The notes beneath the pieces are model-generated. The model was not told the DNA's origin. It searched no databases and worked only from the letters and a program-made list of their open reading frames with translations. The position numbers and the translations under genes are program-made. From Alphaproteobacteria bacterium (GTDB taxonomy: Bacteria > Pseudomonadota > Alphaproteobacteria > MPNO01 > UBA830), in contig OZ244893.1 in the NCBI GenBank assembly GCA_965221485.1, forward strand, positions 3,515,726 through 3,579,725: a stretch of 64,000 nucleotides of DNA, written 5' to 3'. This document shows positions 57,425 to 64,000 of this stretch, piece after piece (the stretch's first letter is position 1; the number at the start of each line of letters is the position of its first letter).

Positions 57425-60369
57425 TCCTGGATCCGCTCCAGATGGGCATAGTCGGAATATCTGGGCATGAGTCCCGGATTCGGGCAGGCCCGATAGGGTG
57501 TGTCCGGATTTTCGTAATGGGTCAGGAGATCCTCCAGGCCTTTCAGGGCGGTGTCCGCGAGGTCTTCCGGGTCGCCGTCAGCCGCTGGCCGGATCGTGCC
57601 GGTTACCCGTGTTCCGCTCAGCTGCCAATAGGACAGTTCCACAACCGGTCCGGGCGCAATACCCTGGAAGGCTCCCGCCCTGACCATTGCCGCTTCCAGT
57701 GGAAGTTGCGGTGAGACGCCGGCCTCGACCTCGGCCTTGTCCGGAATGGATCCCGTCTTGTAGTCGATTACGGCAATGTCTCCACTGTGAAAGACATCGA
57801 TACGATCCGCCCTGGCGGTCAGGGTGAAGGATGCATTCGGTCTCGGAAGGATCAATGCGCCACTGATTTCCGTGAAACTTTTGGCAAGCCCGGGATAACG
57901 ATCACGTTCCAACCGCGTGATCCAGACCGCGATTCTCCGGAAGCGGGGCCACCAGAAGGCCCGAATTTCGGGGTGATGCATATGTGGTGCAAAGACCTCG
58001 GCGCCGATTTCAAGGAACCGGTCCAGGGTGTTATCGTCCCCGGACCCGGCAAGGGAGGAGACGCAGCGATCGACTGCCTCATGGATCAGGACGCCGCGGT
58101 CTGCAGGCCCGGGGGCCGGATCGATGGGCTCGAGCGCAGTCAGGTCGAGAACATGCCTTGCGTAAACGGAATAGGGATCCCGGATCAGTGTTTCGATTGC
58201 GGTGACCGACAGCTTGGCGGGCCGGGTGTGAACCGGGGGAAAGGCCTGAGGTGGCGGCGGGCTCCGAACATACCGGGACTTGCCCGGATCACGATCGAGC
58301 TGTTGCTGCCAGCCCAGCAGTCTGGCTTCATCAGCTTGCCACCTGTCGAGAATGGTCTGCCCGGCTGCGGAGGTTGACAAAAGGGTCTCCATCCGCGACA
58401 GCCAGCGGGCGGGAACGGTCGGCGATCCGTCGACCCGCGTTGAGCGGGTGATATAGACACGGGACGCCGCGAAACCCTGGACAAAATCGTGGGCGGCCTG
58501 TCCGAGACGCCGTTCCGGAGGCTGCAGCCCGAAATCGGCTCGCATTGGCCGGCTCATCCAGGGATCTCCCCGCGCATCACCGGGCCAGGTGCCTTCATTG
58601 AGGCCTCCCAGAATCATGACATCGGTGCGCTGCAACCGGGCTTCCTGCAAGCCCCAGACATGAAGCCTGGGATGAAGTCCGTAGGGGGGCCTCACAACCC
58701 GGCCGGCCATCAGGGATTGCAGAAGTGAGGGCCATTCAGCGGCTGTGACCGGCGGCATCCGGTCTGCGGCTCCCCGGAACTCGCTAATAAAGGCGGCGGC
58801 TGTTTCTCCTGCGGTCATTGTCCACAAGCGCCGGGAACCGTCTTCCCTGTCGGTCGTCGCGAGCTGTTCGGCGAACGCAACATGGGCCCGCAACAGGTGT
58901 GCGGCCGCAACCGGTTCAGGGGTGAACAGACGTGTAAAGGGTTCGGCCACAGTGTGGAGGTGCCGGATCCAGGCGATCAGGGCAGGATGACCGGGGCAAA
59001 GCTGTTCCGTATCGGTCACAAGGCTGGCAAGTCCGGAACCCGGGCGCCTGCCTCTCAGGACCAGCTGTTCCAGACATCGCACATGTTCGCGGAATTGGCC
59101 CGGACTGCATCCACCCGCTGCCAGAGGATGTTTGAGAGCAGAAAGAAGTGCGACAGGTGCCATGTCCGAGGCCGCCGCTTCGGCGGTCAGTCGGAGGAAG
59201 GTTCCGGGCACGGTACAGTCGAGCGGCAAGCCGCCGGAATCGTCGACTTCCACGTTCCAGCGACGCAGTTCGGCAGCAACTCTGCGGGCGAGATTTCGAT
59301 CCGGTGTCACAAGAGCTGCCGTCTGTTCCCCGGTCTCCAGGGTTTCGCGAAGCAGCAGCGCGACGATCTGGGCTTCCTGCCGGGGACCCGGACACCGGAT
59401 CCGGCTCACATCCGAGAGAAGGTTCTCCGCGTCGTCCGGAAGCACCACGCGCGGTGCGGTTTCCGGTGGTCTCAGCGCGCTGTTCACGAGATTGAGGCGC
59501 CCGGTCTGCATCGCAGGCTCCCAGTCGGCAACATCCTCGGGTGCGACCTGAAGAAATTGCAGCAAACGGACCATTCCGTATTGTGGATGACTGGCTTCCA
59601 GGGCTTGCAGGCTGTCGGCCTCAAGGGTTCGATCGAAACCGGGCAGAATGACGGCTCCCTTGTCAAGGCTCGCAACACAATCAAGCAACCGGGCGGTCGC
59701 GGGTATGCTTCCCGTGGATCCTGCGGCAATGACGGGACCAGCAGGAGGGTGATGTTTCCATCGGGTGGTCAGGGCAGAGAGACTTCGGTTTCGTCTTTCG
59801 GCCTGGTCCAGGCAGCCGGTTTCGGAAAGAATACCGGGCCAGTGTTCGGTCACGATGCCGAGAAAGGAAAGGGTCTCCTGCCAATGCTCGGCATATTGGT
59901 CGGGAACAATTCCGCCAAGCCTCGCAGCGTCGAGCTGTTCGGTCTGGATTTCGTCGAGAAATCGGGCGAGACCGTTGGCAAGGAAAACAGCCTGGGCCGC
60001 AGAGACGGAGGGTCTGGCCGCCTTGACCAGGGTGCTGAGCAGTACGGTTCGCTCCAGGGGAGGGATCGGCGGGGGTATGGCCGAATCGCCGGACAATTCC
60101 GGCCATTCGGCCTCCAGCATCGCGAGTTCCTCTTCGTCGACATCGCCGATCGGGGTAATGGAAGGCAGGAGCGAGGCACCAGCCGGGGCCACTCTCAAAA
60201 ATGCGTCTGCGAGCGCACGGCAGGCCCGTCGGGTCGGCAGAAGCACCTGAATTTGCGGGAGCATCACTGGGTCGCTGCCGTAGCGTCGTATCAGACCCTG
60301 TGCCAGAACCTCGAGGAAGCTGTGCCCGGTAATCGTGTAGACCGATTTGCCGGATCCGTTACCCTGCAT
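57397..60369 (-). CDS. addB: Double-strand break repair protein AddB (alphaproteobacterial type)
   Basis: ~990 aa with a conserved N-terminus ('VYTITGHSFLEVLAQGL..LLPTRRACRAL') and a C-terminal RecB-like nuclease region. The Met at 60369 is chosen; the longer ORF to 60510 has a non-homologous leader. Confidence 0.8.
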   Translation of the reverse strand: MQGNGSGKSVYTITGHSFLEVLAQGLIRRYGSDPVMLPQIQVLLPTRRACRALADAFLRVAPAGASLLPSITPIGDVDEEELAMLEAEWPELSGDSAIPPPIPPLERTVLLSTLVKAARPSVSAAQAVFLANGLARFLDEIQTEQLDAARLGGIVPDQYAEHWQETLSFLGIVTEHWPGILSETGCLDQAERRNRSLSALTTRWKHHPPAGPVIAAGSTGSIPATARLLDCVASLDKGAVILPGFDRTLEADSLQALEASHPQYGMVRLLQFLQVAPEDVADWEPAMQTGRLNLVNSALRPPETAPRVVLPDDAENLLSDVSRIRCPGPRQEAQIVALLLRETLETGEQTAALVTPDRNLARRVAAELRRWNVEVDDSGGLPLDCTVPGTFLRLTAEAAASDMAPVALLSALKHPLAAGGCSPGQFREHVRCLEQLVLRGRRPGSGLASLVTDTEQLCPGHPALIAWIRHLHTVAEPFTRLFTPEPVAAAHLLRAHVAFAEQLATTDREDGSRRLWTMTAGETAAAFISEFRGAADRMPPVTAAEWPSLLQSLMAGRVVRPPYGLHPRLHVWGLQEARLQRTDVMILGGLNEGTWPGDARGDPWMSRPMRADFGLQPPERRLGQAAHDFVQGFAASRVYITRSTRVDGSPTVPARWLSRMETLLSTSAAGQTILDRWQADEARLLGWQQQLDRDPGKSRYVRSPPPPQAFPPVHTRPAKLSVTAIETLIRDPYSVYARHVLDLTALEPIDPAPGPADRGVLIHEAVDRCVSSLAGSGDDNTLDRFLEIGAEVFAPHMHHPEIRAFWWPRFRRIAVWITRLERDRYPGLAKSFTEISGALILPRPNASFTLTARADRIDVFHSGDIAVIDYKTGSIPDKAEVEAGVSPQLPLEAAMVRAGAFQGIAPGPVVELSYWQLSGTRVTGTIRPAADGDPEDLADTALKGLEDLLTHYENPDTPYRACPNPGLMPRYSDYAHLERIQEWVNTLEDS

Positions 60370-60419
60370 CGATGGTGTCCAGCAAGACCAGCCGTCCCTT
60401 TGTCGGTTATGGCAACGCG

Positions 60420-61157
60420 CTAGAAAAGCAAACGGGCACGGGATCCGGTGCCCTCCGTAATTTCCGCTTCCACGGTAGCGACGGCATCTGGGGTACCCAC
60501 GTGATACCATTCGCCGTCATGGACCAGGCCAAAGAGGCGCGCCGAATCCGAGGCTCGATCATAGAGCTGATTGAGCGAAAAGGCGCCGGTTGGTGCACCG
60601 GTGAACAGGCGCGGATGAAGAAGTTGTACGCCGGTAAACACGTAGGGTGCAACGCAGCGCGCATCGGGTCTTGTGATCCGGCCCAGCGGATCCAGAAGAA
60701 AATCTCCCCGTCCGCGATAGCCGACCGCGCGAACCGCCGGATGAAGCAGCAGAAGACCATCCATGTCTTCATCGCGCCAGTTCTGCGCCAGTCGGTGCAA
60801 CGCCGGCAGAGCTCCGTCCAGCCAGACGATGTCGGCATTGACGGCAAAGAACGGATGATCTTCAAAATGCCTGAGGGCATTGGCGATTCCGCCACCGGTT
60901 TCCAGCAGGGAGGGTTCCCGCGAAATAATGATTTCAGGCTGGCGGCGGTCGGAAAGACGGTCCTCGATCTGTTCTCCGAGCCAGTGTGTGTTCACTACCG
61001 CTTCTGCAACGCCTGCAGTTGCCAGATGATCGAGCACGCGCTCCAGCATGCTTCGTCCTGCAATGTCGATCAGCGGTTTCGGCGTATGACAGGTGGTAGG
61101 TCGCATGCGAATTCCGAGACCTGCTGCGAGCACCATGGCGCGCTTCGGGCTGTTCAT
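60420..61157 (-). CDS. Nucleotidyltransferase (MurNAc-alpha-1-phosphate uridylyltransferase MurU-like / sugar-1-P nucleotidylyltransferase)
   Basis: 'AMVLAAGLGIRMRP...KPLIDIAGRSML' NTP_transferase signature. The ATG overlaps the upstream stop (ATGA). Confidence 0.75.
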   Translation of the reverse strand: MNSPKRAMVLAAGLGIRMRPTTCHTPKPLIDIAGRSMLERVLDHLATAGVAEAVVNTHWLGEQIEDRLSDRRQPEIIISREPSLLETGGGIANALRHFEDHPFFAVNADIVWLDGALPALHRLAQNWRDEDMDGLLLLHPAVRAVGYRGRGDFLLDPLGRITRPDARCVAPYVFTGVQLLHPRLFTGAPTGAFSLNQLYDRASDSARLFGLVHDGEWYHVGTPDAVATVEAEITEGTGSRARLLF

Positions 61158-62635
61158 GTTGGCGTCCTCGGCGGCGGTAGGATTCGACTTTCCAGGGGAA
61201 CATGATGATCAAGCCAGTGGCGCAATGATTCGAGGGCAGGATGCCTTAGGGCCGCTTCGAGAAGATGCCATAGCCTCGGAACATGATCCAGATAACCGCG
61301 CTTGCCGTCGCGGTCGCGGAGGCGCGTGAAGATGCCGAGGACCTTGCAATGCCGCTGGGCGCCGAGAATGGCACAGGAGAGATCGAACAGTTCGGCGTCC
61401 AGTTGCGGAAAGGCAGCGAGGTAGCGGTTTCTCATACCTGTCTTGACCTGTAACGGAACATCGCGTCGCGCATCCTCGACCAGGGACACAAAATCGTAGC
61501 TCACCGGACCGATAACGGCGTCCTGAAAATCAAGAACACCACACGCGGCGGAACCCGGCCTTCCGTTGAGGCGAATCAGGTTGTCGACGTGATAATCCCG
61601 CAGCACAAGGGCTGTCGGAACCTCCCGGGCCAGGGGAAGCAGGTGCTGCCAGATCTCGATAAATTCTCCGAGGGCGGCCCTCGAGAGGCTTTTGCCGATA
61701 ACGGCCGGCACGTACCAGAGTGTGAAAAGCTCAGCTTCCTCCAGCAACAGGCGATCGCTGTAGCAGGGTATGCCCTGCGGCGGTTTGGCGGTGCGCTTGT
61801 GCAGTGTCACCAGGGCATCTGTTGCAAGATTGTAGAGTGCCTCCGGGTCGCTGCCCCTGTCGAGCAGGCGCGTGAACGTGTCGTCACCGAAATCCTCGAG
61901 GAGGACCAGTCCGTTTTGCAGGTCTTCTGCGAAGATCCGGGGCGTACTGAGTCCCAGGCTGTCCAGGAGTCGCGCAATCTTGAGGAACGCCGGTACCCGG
62001 TGTTTTTCATCATGGGAATCCATGAGCACAGCCTGTCGCCCCGGCAGACGGATCCGGTCATATGTACGAAAGGATGCATCGGATGCGAGCAGGTCGCGCC
62101 GGGCATCGGCCCAACCTTCTGCGGAGAGAAAAGAACCCAGGGCAACATCGCGGGCCACGGCTGTCAGATCCCGAACCGGGCTCCACACACGGGCACGCCG
62201 GGCTGTCGCATCGTCAACGAAATCGAGATGAATATGAAGGCAGTTCCCGGGCAGCAACCCTTCGATCCGTTCTGCCCACTCGATCACGCTGACGCCGTCA
62301 GCGAAAGCATCATCGATTGCGAGTTCGAACGCTTCATCAGGGGAAGACAAGCGGTAGAGATCGAAATGGTAAACGGTGAACTCCGCCATTTCGTAGGGTT
62401 GCACCAGAGTGTAGGTCGGGCTTGGCACATCTCCCACGGCGATCCCGTCCCGGTCACCGAGAGCCCGGATCAGTGCACGCGCGAATACGGTTTTTCCGCT
62501 GCCGAGATCTCCGGACAGGCAGACAATACTGCCCCGCCCCAGTGTTCGTGCATATTGCCGGGCAAGATGTTCGGTCTCACGGACGCCGCGCAGATCAATC
62601 GTCCAGACGTTCGGAGCTGCGGCTACATCGAACAT
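61154..62635 (-). CDS. tsaE: Fused TsaE (t6A ATPase) / aminoglycoside-phosphotransferase-family kinase (AmgK-like)
   Basis: The N-terminal ~150 aa match TsaE/YjeE ('CLSGDLGSGKTVFARALIRALG'). The C-terminal ~340 aa form an APH/choline-kinase-like fold ('LVLRDYHVDNLI', 'GVLDFQDAVIG'). Confidence 0.75.
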   Translation of the reverse strand: MFDVAAAPNVWTIDLRGVRETEHLARQYARTLGRGSIVCLSGDLGSGKTVFARALIRALGDRDGIAVGDVPSPTYTLVQPYEMAEFTVYHFDLYRLSSPDEAFELAIDDAFADGVSVIEWAERIEGLLPGNCLHIHLDFVDDATARRARVWSPVRDLTAVARDVALGSFLSAEGWADARRDLLASDASFRTYDRIRLPGRQAVLMDSHDEKHRVPAFLKIARLLDSLGLSTPRIFAEDLQNGLVLLEDFGDDTFTRLLDRGSDPEALYNLATDALVTLHKRTAKPPQGIPCYSDRLLLEEAELFTLWYVPAVIGKSLSRAALGEFIEIWQHLLPLAREVPTALVLRDYHVDNLIRLNGRPGSAACGVLDFQDAVIGPVSYDFVSLVEDARRDVPLQVKTGMRNRYLAAFPQLDAELFDLSCAILGAQRHCKVLGIFTRLRDRDGKRGYLDHVPRLWHLLEAALRHPALESLRHWLDHHVPLESRILPPPRTPT

Positions 62636-62980
62636 GGTGCGGTTTTAGCGTGAACCCGCTTCGCTGTTAAGGGAGGACGTCCGGTCGCGCGGGCCATAGA
62701 AGTGACGGCCCGGACATCGCGCAGGGGACCACTGCAGGCTTTCCCGGGTACACGCGCCCGGGGTTTGAAGGCCGGGGGTGTGAAAGAATGCCGGATGTCT
62801 CCCCTATCTCGGGGAACCCGAGAGAGAACTTGCGAAAACGCTGTGCGACCGGGTCCGGATCCACTCGGCGCTGCAAAGGTCAGCCTGATCCGGCTTGACG
62901 GAACCGCAGGACAGACAGCGATCGATCCGGAAGGCCCGTTGTCGGGACTGCAGTGCTGATGGGGCTGCGCTGTCCGCCTG

Positions 62981-63030
62981 AATAAAGAAGCACGGCCCCT
63001 TGCCCCGGCGGCAGGCGAGGCCGGGCAGCC
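62981..63030 (-). terminator. Putative rho-independent terminator downstream of ahcY
   Basis: GC-rich hairpin (GCCCGGC...GCCGGGC) followed on the minus strand by CTTCTTTATT. Confidence 0.4.
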
Positions 63031-63046
63031 GATGAGACAGGCAGTG

Positions 63047-64000
<954 letters not shown>

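Noticed and set aside
62636-63046. SAH riboswitch associated with ahcY
   Set aside because: The spacer lies 3' of ahcY (the gene runs leftwards from beyond 64000). The SAH element, if present, would be upstream outside the window. The spacer more likely holds the ahcY terminator and the tsaE promoter.

Overview
High-GC window, probably alphaproteobacterial chromosome. Supporting signs are AddAB instead of RecBCD, phoR-pstCAB-phoU-phoB without pstS, a TsaE-phosphotransferase fusion and an FxsA/Tim44/MltA neighbourhood. Most of it is housekeeping: znuCB tail, a CDF exporter, mutS, maeB, the Pho/Pst regulon, cfa, ampG-like, arsC, typA, the rplT-rpmI / pheST / lepA block, trxA, addAB and the start of ahcY. 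The accessory content sits at about 25.3-45.9 kb, next to a tRNA-Ser(GGA) gene. It has two parts. (i) A catabolic cluster with no regulator gene: an alpha/beta-hydrolase, a split ComD/ComE-like TPP decarboxylase, a DctPQM TRAP transporter, a carboxymuconolactone-decarboxylase (CMD)-family protein, an amidohydrolase-2 non-oxidative decarboxylase, a three-subunit CoxMSL-type molybdenum hydroxylase and a heme-oxygenase-like (PqqC/TenA/diiron-oxidase fold) protein. About 1 kb of non-coding DNA with direct repeats and a hairpin precedes it. (ii) A CoA-dependent set: a p-hydroxycinnamoyl-CoA hydratase-lyase homologue, an acyl-CoA dehydrogenase, a salicylate-hydroxylase-like flavin monooxygenase, a GNAT acetyltransferase, a citryl-CoA-lyase-like protein and a family-III CoA-transferase. 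Between the two parts is a DUF1640 coiled-coil gene carrying an in-frame array of 87- and 33-bp tandem repeats. No CRISPR array, integrase, transposase or recognisable defence system was found. The many long antisense ORFs in the six-frame track look like GC-driven shadow ORFs.
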